NCBI GenBank assembly: GCA_964016885.1
Contig: OZ024761.1
Coordinates: 12,090,001 to 12,154,000 of the forward strand
Direction of reading: 5' to 3'
Length of the DNA stretch: 64,000 nt
From: Eledone cirrhosa
Taxonomy: Eukaryota
In this document: one piece after another, positions 29,760 through 43,250 of the stretch
Numbering within the stretch: the stretch's first letter is position 1
Layout: every line of letters begins with the position of its first letter
The notes under the pieces: generated by a model
What the model saw: the letters and a program-made list of their open reading frames with translations, nothing else
The model's database searches: none
Told to the model about the DNA's origin: nothing
Made by a program: the position numbers and the translations under genes

Positions 29760-30087
29760 CATTTTTTACGTCCGCTTTTTCCCTGCTTGCAAGGCTGGGA
29801 CGGGAACTGATTCTAGCTTGATTTCTACAGCTGGATGCCCTTCCTAACACCAACCTCATTTACAGTGAGTGCTGGGTGCTTTTTTGCCGTGGCACCTCCA
29901 CGACGACTTTGCAGTGGAATGATAGGGACCCCAGTCCCTATCATCTCATTTCTACAGCTGAGTAAACTGGAGCAATGTGAAATAAAGTGTCTTGCTCAAG
30001 GAAACAACACATCACCCGGTCTGAGAATTGAACTCACAACCTTTCGATTGCAAGGCCAATGCTCTAACCACTAAGCCATGTGCCTCC
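29760..30087 (-). mobile_element. Composite SINE family 2
   Basis: Reverse copy of 9385-9822. Confidence 0.8.
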
Positions 30088-30181
30088 ATATATATATATA
30101 CACCATTCCACCAATATTTACACACTGACATACACACACCATTCCACCAATATATACACACTCATATGATATACACACATG

Positions 30182-30232
<51 letters not shown>

Positions 30233-30258
30233 CATTCCACCAATATATAGACACTGAT

Positions 30259-30296
<38 letters not shown>

Positions 30297-30537
30297 GTAT
30301 ATATGTATATATATATACACCATTCCAGATACAAACACAACACCTACACTCACATGTACCTCCTTTTTTATTTTCTAATCTCTCTCTGAACGTTTGTACT
30401 CTTGATGAAGGACCAACGTCCAATACATCAAACTTTTTTTCTCTTTCATCCAAAGCATGAAATTAATAAGACTGATTGTTTTTGTATCTCAGTGTTTGTC
30501 ATTTTTTAAATTATATATAATAATGTATAATATATAT

Positions 30538-30612
30538 ATATAGTTATATTTGGGGAGAGGCATATTGTTATAATATTGCCAGAAATAATAACAATATGCC
30601 TCTCCCCAAATA

Positions 30613-30622
<10 letters not shown>
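30538..30622. repeat. Short palindrome made from family B termini
   Basis: agttatatttggggagaggcatattgtta ... taacaatatgcctctccccaaatataact. Confidence 0.7.
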
Positions 30623-30662
<40 letters not shown>

Positions 30663-30674
30663 TATAGTTATATA

Positions 30675-31226
30675 TCATCATCATCGTTTAACGTCTATCT
30701 TCCACGCTGGCATGGGTTTGGACGGGAATTGTCCCACGTGAGGCAAGATTGGTTGTTGTCTTGCTCGTATAGGACTGTCTGGCAGGTTTTCTATGGCTGG
30801 ATGCCCTTCCTAACACCAACCAGTGTGGACTGGGAGGTTTTTACCATGTTACCTACACGGCCACACTACAGCGTGGACTGTGTGTTTTTTTGTTGTGACA
30901 CCTACACAACCTCATTTATTTAGGACTGGATGTTGTGGGACCAACTTTGCAGAGAAAGGGGTGGTATTGGCGGGAGTGGAATGGTGGAATAGGGGTAGTG
31001 GGTTGGGGTGTATATTTGGTTAGGAGGTGCCTACTGACTGTAGGTTTCACTTTGTGTATAGGCAAGGCGGGTCTTTTGTATTACTGCGTAGTGCCAAAGA
31101 TCTCAGTCCAGTGACATTGTCTTAGAGAGGTGTAAGTGTGTAAGGTTGGAATTTATCAAATCGTCCAGGTTTTTCTGGGTCTGCCTACTCCATAACTTCC
31201 ATCAATTTTGATTACCCTGCACTTTT
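30675..31226 (-). mobile_element. RTE LINE 3' fragment (sister of 697-1410)
   Basis: High similarity to 697-1280. Confidence 0.85.
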
Positions 31227-31698
31227 ATATATATATATAGGAAGGTGAAAACCCAACCACAATACCAAGGGGTTTCGGCCTGTATTCATCAAGCCTCACC
31301 GAGGGTTTTTACCTTCCTCTATACCGACTCTGCTTCTTCCCAAACATAGAGTACTCCCATGTTGGTATGTTGGTATATATTTCGAAAGAAATGTCCAGGT
31401 TACTGTGAATATGTTATCAGACAGTCAAATGTAATGTTTAGTTTGGTATCTACCTGTGTATTTTCTCTGTTTCCATTGATTGATTTTTATCTTCGCAGTC
31501 TTAATGTTCATATAGTAATTCTGTCTATGTGTGTGTGTATGTATGAATATATATATATATATATACACATGCACCCACACACACATACACACTTAGATAC
31601 ATATTCATATATATATATATATAATTGGTGTTGGATGCTTAAAGCGTCCGTATGCGGTAGGCCGAATGAGCGCTTGATGCCCTCGTAGAGCAGAGTAT

Positions 31699-31937
31699 GA
31701 TATCACAGAAAAAAGAGAATGAGTGTTGCGATGAAAGGAATTTATTGGACATATTACACTTGTTTCTCGGGCGACCAACTCGAGGCACGATCGATCTGGT
31801 GATCAAACCTGACTCTGAAATCATGTGGTCCTCGGATACGTCTCAATTCAACGAAGCAGATTTTCCTGGTCGCCCGAGAAACAATTGTAATATGTCCAAT
31901 AAATTCCTTTTGTCGCAACACTGATTCTCTTTTTTCT

Positions 31938-31944
<7 letters not shown>
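31699..31944. mobile_element. Family C foldback element with minus-strand extended-stem-II hammerhead (31748-31842)
   Basis: ~78-bp arms atatcacagaaaaaagagaat...gggcgacca; GACGUAU-CCGAGGA...GAAACAAGUGUA-AUAUGUC. Confidence 0.75.
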
Positions 31945-31984
<40 letters not shown>

Positions 31985-31988
<4 letters not shown>

Positions 31989-32272
31989 ATAATAATAAAA
32001 TTGAAGACTAAAATCCAAAGAGGGCTCGATAAGGAAAATATATATCAAATATATAAGAACCGTAGAGCAAATATTTATTAAAATAACAGATTAAAGTTTA
32101 AGCAAAGAATCGCTGCTTTCACCCTTAACGGGATCTTCTGAAACTAACAAAGTCAATCTGTAAACGCAGAAATTCCAGTTCTGCGTTTACAGATTGACTT
32201 TGTTAGTTTCAGAAGATCCCGTTAAGGGTGAAAGTAGCGATTCTTTGCTTAAACTTTAATCTGTTATTTTAA

Positions 32273-32273
<1 letters not shown>
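31985..32273. mobile_element. Family D ~195-bp palindrome (32078-32273) with variant hammerhead cores (CAGAAGA)
   Basis: Near-perfect inverted repeat; related pieces at 40091-40250 and 46700-47095. Confidence 0.75.
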
Positions 32274-32308
<35 letters not shown>

Positions 32309-32333
32309 TATGTATCTAAGTGTGTATGCATGT

Positions 32334-33995
32334 CATCATCATCATCACCGTTTTACGCCATTTTTCCACACTAGCATGGGTTAGACGGGTTGTCCTGTTG
32401 TGGGCAGTGCCAGGTAGGCTGACCTTGTCTTGCTCATACGGAAACTGATTTTGGCTTGATTTCTACAGCTGTATGCCCTTCCTAAGACCAACCTCATTTA
32501 CAGTGAGTGCTGGGTGCTTTTTTTCCATGGTGCCTACACGTCCACTCTACAGTGTGGGCTGGGTGCTTTTTTGTCATGACACTCCAAGGACCACTTTGCA
32601 GTGGGAGGGGGTGGGAGCATATTGTCTATATGCTTCAGCTTCGGCTTGTACCCGTGGGAGGTCGGGTCTTCTGTATTATTGCGTAACGCCAGAGGTCTCA
32701 GTCCTGTGTCATTGCCTTTGAGAGGTGTAATTGGGTAAGGTCGGCTTTTATCACCTCATCCCAGGTCTTCTTGGGTCTCCCCACTCCAAGGCTTCCATCG
32801 ACTTTTAGTACTCTGCACCTTTTTATGCAGCTGTCATCCTTCATACGCATCACATGTCCATACCAACGCAACTGCCTCTCCTGCACACACCATTTGATTC
32901 CTCTTATGCTCAGTCTCTCTCTCAATTCATTTATGCTTTGCCGTTCACGTATATTACTATTACACATCCATCGGAGCATGCAGGCTTTATTTATTTCTAA
33001 TCTATGCAAGTCTTCCACAGACAGCGCCCAGGTCTCACTACCATGTAACATTGCTGTTCGGATACACGCATCATACAGTCTGCCTTTCATTTTGAGGAAA
33101 AAGCCTTTTGCAGCTAGCAGTGGCAGTAGCTCCCTGAACTTCTTCCATCCTGTTCTTACCCTAGTTATTGTACTTTCCGAACACCCACCTCCGCTGCTAA
33201 TTCGGTCACCCAGGTAGCAGAAGCTGTCTACTGTTTCTACAGAGCCCTCCCAGAGTTTGGTGGTACTTGCTTCCTGTGGCTGTTTGCTGCTTACTGTCCC
33301 GGTGCAGCTTACATTCTTAGCTAAGCTTCCTTAGATCCCATTACACCTCTTGTGTACCCATTGTTTGCATTTGGGGCAGAGGATGGAATTCCTACCTACA
33401 CCTTTCCTACATACTGAGCAAAGCCATTTCCCTGAGGGGATATTGGTTCTGTTTTCTCATCTACTTATGAGGACCTTAGTCTTTGTCAGGTTGACTTTGA
33501 AACCCTGTCTTTCTAGTCCATGCTTCCATGTTGGGAATTTCTTCTCTAGTTCCGCCATAGATTCAGCTATAAGTGTAAGATAATCCGCATACAGAAGTTA
33601 CATGGGCATCTGGTCTTAAACTCCTGTTATAGCCTGCAATATGATAATAAACAGGAGAGGGCTAAGAACAGAGCCCTGGTGGACACTGACCTGTATGCTA
33701 AATTCCTCGCTGTAGTCATTGTTAACCCTAACTTTCCTGACTGCTCCCCACAGGGGACTCTGTCGAAGGCTTTTTCCAGATCGACAAATTCCAAGTAGAG
33801 TGGCTTACTTTTAGCTAGGTACTTTTCCTGCAACTGCCTCATAAGGAAGAGAGCATCAGTGGTGCTTTTTCCTGGCACAAACCCAAACTGCATCTTATCT
33901 AGTTTTACCCGGTCCCTAATCAGCTGTGCTATAACTCTCTGTTACTTTCATAACCTGGTCCATAAGCTTTATACCTCTATAGTTTCCTCTATCTA
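32334..33995 (-). mobile_element. Decayed RTE LINE (same family as 3245-5710)
   Basis: Frameshifted RT: QFGFVPGK, DLEKAFDRV, RWYGHV; (CAT)n tail. Confidence 0.9.
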
Positions 33996-34230
33996 CATAA
34001 TTCTGCAAATAGCATCTGATAAAATCACCTTGTCTTGTATCATAATCAGAAGATAGAACTGCGCCATCGAAATATGTGATTTTGTGACCTGCTGCTGTTG
34101 TTTTAATGTATGTACCATCATCATCATCGTTTAACGTCCATCTTCCACGCTAGCATGGGTTGGACGGTTGGGGCGGGGGATCCATTTTTTATTGGAGGGG
34201 GGGGGGGGGGGCGTTTTTATATAACCATAT

Positions 34231-34274
<44 letters not shown>

Positions 34275-34294
34275 AACTAATTTAGAGAAAGGGT

Positions 34295-35515
34295 CAATTA
34301 GATGAGAAACAGTTTGGTTTTGTGCCTGGGAAAAGTACAACAGCTGCCTTCTTCTTAGTGAGATAACTACAACAGAGGTTCTTAGAGAAGAATAAGCCAC
34401 TATACTTAGCTTTTGTTGACCTAGAGAAGGCCTTCGATAGAGTACCCTGATCTGTCATCTGGTGGTCCCTAAGGAAACTAGGTGTAGAGGAATGGCTTGT
34501 GAGGACAGTGCAAGCTATGTACAGGGGTGCTGTCAGTAAAGTGAGAGTAGGAATGGAGTTTAGTGAGGAATTCCAGATACAAGTAGGTGTACATCAGGGT
34601 TTGGTCCCCAGCCTGCTCTTGTTCATTATAGTCTGCCAAGCCATAACAGAGGAGTTTAAGACTGGCTGTCCATGGGAACTTCTCTAGGCTGACGATCTGG
34701 TACTTATAGCAGAATCAGTTGAGGAGCTAGAGAATAAATTCTGGCTATGGAAACAGCAGTTGGAATCAAGAGGACTGAGAGTGAACCTAGCTAAGACTAA
34801 GGTGTTGATAAGTGGGAAAGGGGATAAAACACTGATTCCATCATGGAAATGGCCATGTTTGATATGTAGGAAAGGAATTGGTATAAATTCTATAAATTGT
34901 ACACAATGCAGATCCTGGGTACACCATAGATGTAGTGGGATAACAGGCAAACTAACAGGTAGGGAAAACTACATATGCAGTAGATGTACAGGGAAAGTTG
35001 ACAGTAGAAGTCGCAGTGATAGACACATTTTTCAAATGCAGGTGGGTTCTATAGAAGTAGTTGATAGCTTCCGGTACCTAGGTGATCAGATTAAGGGAGG
35101 AGGGTGCTCTGAGGCCATAGTATCTAGAATAAGGACGGGTTAGAAGAAGTTTAGGGAGCTGTATCCTCTGTTGACAAAGAAGGGTTTCTCCCTACGAACG
35201 GAAGGCCGGTTATATGATGCCTGCGTGAGATGCGCGCTGCTGCATGGTAGTGAGACATGCGCAGCAACTGCAGAGGATATGCGATGGCTGGAGAGAAATG
35301 AAGCAAGCATGCTCCGATGAATGTGCAATGTCAATGTGCGTGAACGACCAAACATAGATGAGTTGAGAGAGAAGTGTATAAGAGGGATAAACTGTAGTGT
35401 GCAGGGGAGAAGACTGCGATGGTATGGACATGTGATGCGCATGGAGGATGACCACTGGGTAAAGAAGTGACAAGAAATCCCAGTAGAAGGAAGACCACAA
35501 AAAACCTGGGCGGAC
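34295..35515 (+). mobile_element. Decayed RTE LINE, related subfamily, opposite orientation
   Basis: LAFVDLEKAFDRV, KTGCPWELL*ADD, RWYGHVMRM. Confidence 0.9.
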
Positions 35516-35840
35516 AACTGTATATAGTCAGTAGGACAACAACTCTATATATATAGTCGGTAGGACAAGTCACTATATTGTCGATAGGACAAGTAAAATT
35601 CAGGATTTTCTTCCTTTCCCTAATCACTCCTCCCTTCTTGCAGAAAAGAACTCCTTTTCCTGCCCCTCCCTCACAATCCTGCCTACTTCCCCCTACATGC
35701 AATTCTTATCCCCCCCCCCCTCTCTATATATATAACATATATATATATATAACATATATATATATATAACATATATATATATAACATGGCAGAAGAATGA
35801 GCTAACCTATTTTTGTTTGTTTGTTTTCGGACTATTGTCT

Positions 35841-35895
<55 letters not shown>

Positions 35896-36327
35896 ATATA
35901 TATATATATATATATCTATATATATAACTATATATATATAATGTATATATAAATATATATATATATCATGTATGTATATAGTATATATATATTTATATAT
36001 ATATGTGCGTGTGTGTGTATATGTGTATATATATATGTGTGTGCGTGTGTGTGTATATGTGTATATTATATGTGCGTATGTGTGTATATGTGTATATATA
36101 TATATGTGTATAAACCAACACTTTCCTTTCTTCTAGATATCATTATCACCAACCCCCTCCTCCTGCTCTCCTCCTCCCTCACCTCTCAACCCCCTCTCCC
36201 ACCTCCTCTCACTCCTCCCCTTTCTCTCTCCCCCTTCCCTGCTCTCCTCCACTGAACTGTGTTAACTTGAGAAGCTGTGCAAGCGAGAGCAGCTGTTGGT
36301 ACTCAGGGGCTCTCTCACCTCTCTTGT

Positions 36328-37475
36328 GAGAGGTGGTGGTGGCGGTGGGGGCAGTGCTGTTGATGGGGATGGGGATGCTGGTGGTGGTGGTGGTGTGGGA
36401 CTGGTAGTAAAGGTGGTGGTGGTGGTGTGGGTTGCAGTAATGCTGGTGGTGGTGGTGGTGATGTTGCTGGTGGTGGTAGTAATGGTGGTGGCGGTGGTAG
36501 TGGTGTTGGTGTGGTTTGTAGTAATGGTGGTGGTGCTGTTGGTAGCAATGGGGATGGTGGTGGTGGTGGTGTGGGACTGGTAGTAAAGGTGGTGGTGGGG
36601 TGGTGGCCGTTGTATTAATGGTGGTAGTAGTGTGGGTTGTGGTGGTGGTGGTGGTGGTAGTGTGGGTTGTAATGGTGGTGGTGGTGGTGGTGGTGGTGGT
36701 AGTGTGGGTTGTGGTGGTGGTGGTGGTGGTAGTAGTGTGGGTTGTAATGGTGGTGGTGGTGTTGGTAGTAGTGGTGTGGGTTGTAATGGTGGTGGTGGTG
36801 GTGGTGGTAGTGTGGGTTGTAATGGTGGTGGTGGTGGTGGTGGTAGTGTGGGTTGTGGTGGTGGTGGTGGTGGTAGTAGTGTGGGTTGTAATGGTGGTGG
36901 TGGTGTTGGTAGTAGTGGTGTGGGTTGTAATGGTGGTGGTGGTGGTGGTGGTAGTGTGGGTTGTAATGGTGGTGGTGGTGGTGGTGGTAGTGTGGGTTGT
37001 AATGGTGGTGGTGGTGGTGTTGGTAGTAGTGGTAGTGTGGGTTGTAATGGTGGTGGTGGTGGTAGTGTGGGTTGTAATGGTGGTGGTGGTGGTGGTGGTG
37101 GTGGTGTTGTGGGTTGTAATGGTGGTGGTGGTGGTGGTGGTAGTAGTGTGGGTTATAATGGTGGTGGTGGTGGTAGTGTGGGTTGTGGTGGTGGTGGTGG
37201 TAGTGTGGGTTGTAAAGGTGGTGGTGGTGGTAGTAGTAGTGGTGTGGGTTGTAATGGTGGTGGTGGTGGTAGTGTGGGTTGTGGTGGTGGTGGTGGTGGT
37301 AGTGTGGGTTGTAATGGTGGTGGTGGTGGTAGTAGTAGTAGTGTGGGTTGTAATGGTGGTGGTGGTGGTAGTAGTAGTGGTGTGGGTTGTAATGGTGGTG
37401 GTGGTGGTAGTGTGGGTTGTGGTGGTGGTGGTGGTGGTAGTGTGGGTTGTAAAGGTGGTGGTGGTGTGGGACTGG
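36328..37475. repeat. (GGT)n-based minisatellite
   Basis: Unit gtgtgggttgtaat(ggt)n. Confidence 0.9.
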
Positions 37476-37486
37476 AAGACTTTGCT

Positions 37487-37522
<36 letters not shown>

Positions 37523-38492
37523 CAACCACTGTCTTTCAATCAATACAATTGCAACACACACACACACACACACATACATAAACACACACACACACATACA
37601 TAAACACACACACACATACATAAACACACACACACACATACATAAACACACACACACATACATAAACACACACACACACATACATAAACACACACACACA
37701 TACATAAACACACACACACACATGCATAAACACACACACACACACATACATAAACACACACATGTATGTGCATATAGATGCATGTGTGTATATATATATA
37801 TATATCTCCAAGTGTCTGTTTATATGACATGATTCTGTCACCATCATCTCTCTCCCCCCTCACTCTCTGTCATCACCCCCTCCCTCTCTCACCCTCACTC
37901 TCTGTCATCCCCCCTCCCTCTCTCTCCCCCTCACTCTCTGTCATCACCCCCTCCTCCTCTCCCCCTCACTCTCTGTCATCCACCCTCCCTCTCTCCATCC
38001 CTCTCTCCTCCCTCTCTTTCCAGTTATTAACACTCATACAAAACACTATTTTTACTGTAGGAGAGAGAACATCACAACCTCTCCACAACAACAACAACAA
38101 CCACAGCATCAACAACAACAACCACCACAGCATCAACAACAACAACAACGGCAGCAACAACAACAACAACAACATCAACGGCAGCAACAACAGTGATAGC
38201 AACAACCACAATAACAGCAACAACAATAATATTAACAAGACAAAAATAGTAACAACAACAAAAATAACAATAACAACAACAAAAATAACAATAACAACAC
38301 TAACAACAACAATAGCAACACTAACAACAACAACAATAGCAACAACAACAACAATAGCAACACTAACAACATAGTAATAACAGCAATAATAACCTACCAT
38401 TGTTTCCTCTACTTCCTTCTTACTATCAGATATTCTCCAGGTAGGAGATAAAAGGTGTTTTGTGTGTGTGTATATATATACATATATATATA

Positions 38493-38595
<103 letters not shown>

Positions 38596-38880
38596 TCAAT
38601 GATATTAAATAAATGGAAACTATATTTATAAAACCATATTTATTTTATATCTTTTTATATATTTATAAAACAAACTTTGTATTTTATCTGATGAAAGCAC
38701 ACCAATGTTGTCTTGGTTGCCCTTGAAATATATATAATAAAATAAATATGGTTTTATAAATATAGTTTCCATTTATTTAATATCATTGAATATTTACTCC
38801 AGTAAACTGTTGAGTGCTCTAAATCAGTTATAAACATTTATATTTGTTGGACTTCCAACAAATTAAATACCCCTTCTACT
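38596..38880. mobile_element. Family A foldback element with + hammerhead (38680-38744)
   Basis: UAUUUUAU-CUGAUGA...GAAA-UAUAUAUA-AUAAAAUA. Confidence 0.8.
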
Positions 38881-38891
38881 TATATATATAC

Positions 38892-38945
<54 letters not shown>

Positions 38946-39023
38946 AGAGAGAGAGGGCTGTGTGTGTGTCTTGTTACCTTTCATTGTGGTAATTGTGGTC
39001 CATGTTATATTGCCATTTACTAA

Positions 39024-39072
<49 letters not shown>

Positions 39073-39325
39073 TTTGATTCCCGGACCGGGAAATGTGTTA
39101 TGTCCTTGAGCAAGACACTTTATTTTGTGTTGCTCCTTCTGCCTGGATTTGCGACCGGTAAATAGTATTAGCAATTGGAAAGACCAATGGAAACATTGTT
39201 TCCTTGGTCCGATTTGATGTAGTCTGGGATCTTGTTGATCGACTGTCGAGATATACTAGCCAGGAACAACTTGAACTGTTAACATCTCCTTCCTGGATAT
39301 GTCAATATTTATAAAACAAACTTTG

Positions 39326-39386
39326 TATTTTATCTGATGAGAGCGTACCAAAGTTTTGGTACCCTTGAAATATATATAATAGAATA
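39326..39386 (+). ncRNA. Hammerhead ribozyme motif (family A, solo copy 39295-39525)
   Basis: CUGAUGA-GAGCGUACCA(AAGUUU)UGGUACCCUU-GAAA-UAUAUAUA-AUAGAAUA. Confidence 0.75.
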
Positions 39387-39589
39387 AATATGGTTTTATA
39401 AATATAGTTTCCATTTATTTAATATCATTGATATTATACTCCAGAAAAATCTGTTGAGTGCTTCAAATCAGTTATAAACATTTATATTTGTTGAATTACC
39501 AACAAAATAAATATCCCTTTTGCTTATATATATATATGTTATATTATAGAAAACGAAGAACCAGTGATGCATCAAAACACAATTTATTA

Positions 39590-39682
39590 ACGTATTACAA
39601 GTGTTTCTGCGGCGAACAGCTCGAGGTGCGATCTATTTGTGGATCAGACCTGACTCTGGATTTGCAAGTTCCTCAGATACGT
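39590..39682 (-). ncRNA. Hammerhead with long stem II insert (family C-like)
   Basis: ACGUAU-CUGAGGA-(~60 nt)-GAAA-CACUUGUA-AUACGU. Confidence 0.6.
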
Positions 39683-39908
39683 CTAGCAACTTCGAAGCAA
39701 ATCTTCCAGCTGTTCTGAAGAAGCAGAGAGTGCTCAACTGGCATACCGCCTATGGTTACATCTAAGCAACCTTACAATAAATATATATATATATATATTT
39801 TAATGAGTTCCCTTTTCTATCAACCAATGACCTACACCCATCCCACTCCCTACCCTCTCCTACCACCTGAAGAGACCTATAAATACCATATTTATTTTTT
39901 GATACCCA

Positions 39909-39957
39909 GATTCCTGATGATTTCTAAAGAATGAAACAGTTCTAGTCCTGTAGAATC
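39909..39957 (+). ncRNA. Hammerhead ribozyme with a true stem III (family H)
   Basis: GAUUC-CUGAUGA-UUUC(UAAA)GAAU-GAAA-CAG(UUCUAGUC)CUG-UA^GAAUC. Confidence 0.8.
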
Positions 39958-40040
39958 TCATCTATATTAAAACTGTTATATTCTGCAATGTATTGAGTAC
40001 CTTACTTACTGTGGTTACCTCCGATTCAACCCGGAATAAC

Positions 40041-40097
<57 letters not shown>

Positions 40098-40258
40098 TGA
40101 CAGATTAAAGTTTAAGCAGCGATTCTTTGCTTAAACTTTAATCTGTTATTTTAATAAATATTTGCTCTACGGTTCTTATATATTTGATATAAATATTTAT
40201 CCTTATCGAGCCCTCTTTGGATTTTAGTCTTCACATTTATTATTATTACTTTATATAC

Positions 40259-40412
<154 letters not shown>

Positions 40413-40414
40413 AT

Positions 40415-40720
40415 ACTTGGGGAGGGTCATATTTGTGTAATATTGCCAGAATTAATAACAGAACACACTCACTGTTTGGTTGGTTTTCGCTTCTCGCTGT
40501 CTTTTATATCTGAGATCTAACTTACTCGGTCCTCAATGTTGCCATTGACTGACCGACGGTCAAAAATAATACAGATACAATATAGACACAAACACATATA
40601 GTTTACACAAACACATACAGTTTACATAATTTACATAAATCTTTCGTTGCACATCTGCAACATCGTCAGTGGTGTTATATTCTTTGTTCCTCCTGTTGTG
40701 TTGTATGTCTACGCCATTTT
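40415..40720 (-). mobile_element. Family B-like element with hammerhead core (40633-40674)
   Basis: Terminus ttggggagggtcatat..ttgcca; reverse complement CUGACGA-U-GUUGCA(GAUG)UGCAAC-GAAA; stem I weak. Confidence 0.6.
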
Positions 40721-40759
40721 TTATTCAGTCTGTCTATATATGGGTTGAGCTCTGGACAA

Positions 40760-40940
40760 CCTGCTTTGTGGTATATAGTTATGTCCCTTTATGTTCTGAG
40801 TTCAAATACCGCCAAGTTTAACTTTGCCTTTCATCGTTACGGGGTCGATGAAATAAAGTACCAGTCACGCACTGGGGTTGATTTAATTGACTTTCCCCTC
40901 CCCCAGAATTGTTGACCTTGTGTCTATATAAGAAACCATT
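40760..40940 (+). mobile_element. SINE family 1
   Basis: gagttcaaatacc...ggggtcgatgaaataaagtacc. Confidence 0.75.
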
Positions 40941-40986
40941 ATTTTTATTATTATTGTTGTCTGATGATAAATTTTATTTATTACAG

Positions 40987-41209
40987 ATGCATCAGAACAT
41001 TTAATGTTAGCTGGGTCTTTAACACCACCCGACAAAATAAGTGGCGACTCAATTCCTATGGCAACCATCCGTCCACTTGGCACCAGTACATTGACCAATA
41101 CTATCAAAACCCCACCAAGTCCAATGCCTACTCCATCTCCACCAATAAACAGGATTACAGGTGATATTGATCATTCTGAGTCAAGGATTACACACCCATT
41201 TTCACGCAG
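40987..41209 (+). CDS. Su(H): Coding exon of Su(H)/RBPJ with Groucho-binding motif GSLTPPDKI (41013-41039)
   Basis: Acceptor ttttatttattacAG; phase-1 join gives ...SQH-D-ASEHLMLAGSLTPPDKISGD...PPSPMPTPSPP...HPFSR; donor CAG|GTAAGA (phase 2). Confidence 0.85.
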
Positions 41210-41289
41210 GTAAGAATTGTTTTCTCTTTCAGTATAGAGTGAAGTCCATCCATCCATATTCAGTTTTTGTCTTTAGGGTGCTGTGGTTG

Positions 41290-42250
41290 TCCCTGACTCC
41301 AAGGTAGACAACACCAGGCAATGTCTCACAGCTGCTCTCCATGAATTTCTGTCCATAGTATCGACATTGGCCAAGTTCCATTTATACAAATCACTCTTCA
41401 CGCACTCCAACCACGTCTTCCTTGGTCAGCCACGATCTCTAGTGACAGGGACTGCCAAGTGAGGGATGGAGTTGATCTATGGCGTGGTTCGCTGTACATG
41501 TCCTTACCAACGGAGACATTGTGTGTGAAGGACAGCAGTGATCTCATCTACACCCAGCTTCTGGTGGAACACAGTTCTTCCTTGGTCAGCCACGATCTCT
41601 AGTGACAGGGACTGCCAAGTGAGTGATGGAGTTGATGTATGGCGTGGTTCGCTGTACATGTCCTTACCAACAGAAACATTGTGTGTGAAGGACAGCAGTG
41701 ATCTCATCTACACCCAGCTTCTGGTGGAACACAGTTCTTCCTTGGTCAGCCACGATCTCTAGTGACAGGGACTGCCAAGTGAGTGATGGAGTTGATGTAT
41801 GGCGTGGTTCGCTGTACATGTCCTTACCAACGGAGACATTGTGTGTGAAGGAGAGCAGTGATCTCATCTACACCCAGCTTCTGGTGGAACACAGTTCTTC
41901 CTTGGTCAGCCACGATCACTAGTGTCAGGGACTGCCAAGTGAGTGATGGAGTTGATGTATGGCGTGGTTCGCTGTACATGTCCTTACCAACAGAAACATT
42001 GTGTGTGAAGGACAGCAGTGATCTCATCTACACCCAGCTTCTGGTGGAACACAGTTCTTCCTTGGTCAGCCACGATCACTAGTGTCAGGGACTGCCAAGT
42101 GAGTGATGGAGTTGATGTATGGCGTGGTTCGCTGTACATGTCCTTACCAACAGAAACATTGTGTGTGAAGGACAGCAGTGATCTCATCTACACCCAGCTT
42201 CTAGTGGAGCACGGTCGAAGGGGTCTCATCTTTCAATTTGGCGCCACAGA
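41290..42250 (-). repeat. 160-bp tandem array (~5 units) derived from an RTE LINE C-terminal fragment
   Basis: Period 160 (repeated ORFs at 41538/41698/41858/42018); minus frame RW*GHVQRT...RG*PRKTWLECVKSD. Confidence 0.85.
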
Positions 42251-42797
42251 TCCACCTAATCATGGCACGATCATTTCACCTGAGCCGTTGCAATACTAGA
42301 CATAGTGTTATATAATGTTGCTTTGAAAATAGAATGAAGTGGTTTAAAGAAATGTTATTTCAATACTCGACATATCATCATTGATTAGCGTCTATCTTCC
42401 ACACTAGCATGGGTTAGACGGGTTTGTTCCAATTATAGGCAAGTTGGGTCGAATGAAACCAGCAAAACAATGAAAGAAAAAAAAAATGTGTATATATACA
42501 TGTATGTATATATTTGTATGTATTTATATGTATGTATGTGTATGTTTTTGTTTTAATTAAATATTGAAATTCGATGTGAAAGCAGTGTGTTACAACCATC
42601 TATGACAGGTTCTCAAAGTGGATGCCACCCTCTACCACCCAGGGGACGTTGAGAAGATACAAGGGTTCCCTGGGGCCTAAGGGGGTGGCAGAGATGATAT
42701 AATAATATATTAAATATCAAATGATACATATATATAAATATAGTAAAATAAAAAATATATAATATTTATTTATACATAGTATATATTATATTATTTA

Positions 42798-43250
42798 CTA
42801 GCAGTGGTACCCGGCGTTGCACGGGATAATGTATTTTGGAACACGGGCCGCCAACAGACCTAATCGTGGAAAAACTGCATGCCTGGACAATATGTAAAGA
42901 AAATAAACCGAATACTCTGATGACTGGATAGTCTTTAAGATTTTCCTCGATGAAGCAGGAAAAATGCAGGTTTTCACCTAATGCGGGCCTTAGGGTATGA
43001 AGAAAATGAATTTTTTTAATGTGCATAATATGCCTTGAAATTTCGGGAAAATCGGCTAGACGTAACGCCTCCGAAAAGCTCTAAGAAGCTGAAAAAATGA
43101 AGTTTTTCACCTAATGCGGATCCTAGGCCATAAGAAAGTTGGATTTTCTTTGCTTACGGTATGATGAAGAGACTGACTAATACATAGTTACAATTTCAAG
43201 GAAATCGGTCTGACGTAACGCCTCAAAAAACCCCTAAATATATTATTTAC
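42798..43250 (-). mobile_element. Helitron 3' end or fragment
   Basis: Reverse complement cccgtgcaacgccgggtaccactgCTAG|T. Confidence 0.65.

Noticed and set aside
36209-37832. Mucin-like and Gly-rich ORFs
   Set aside because: (GGT)n minisatellite artefact.
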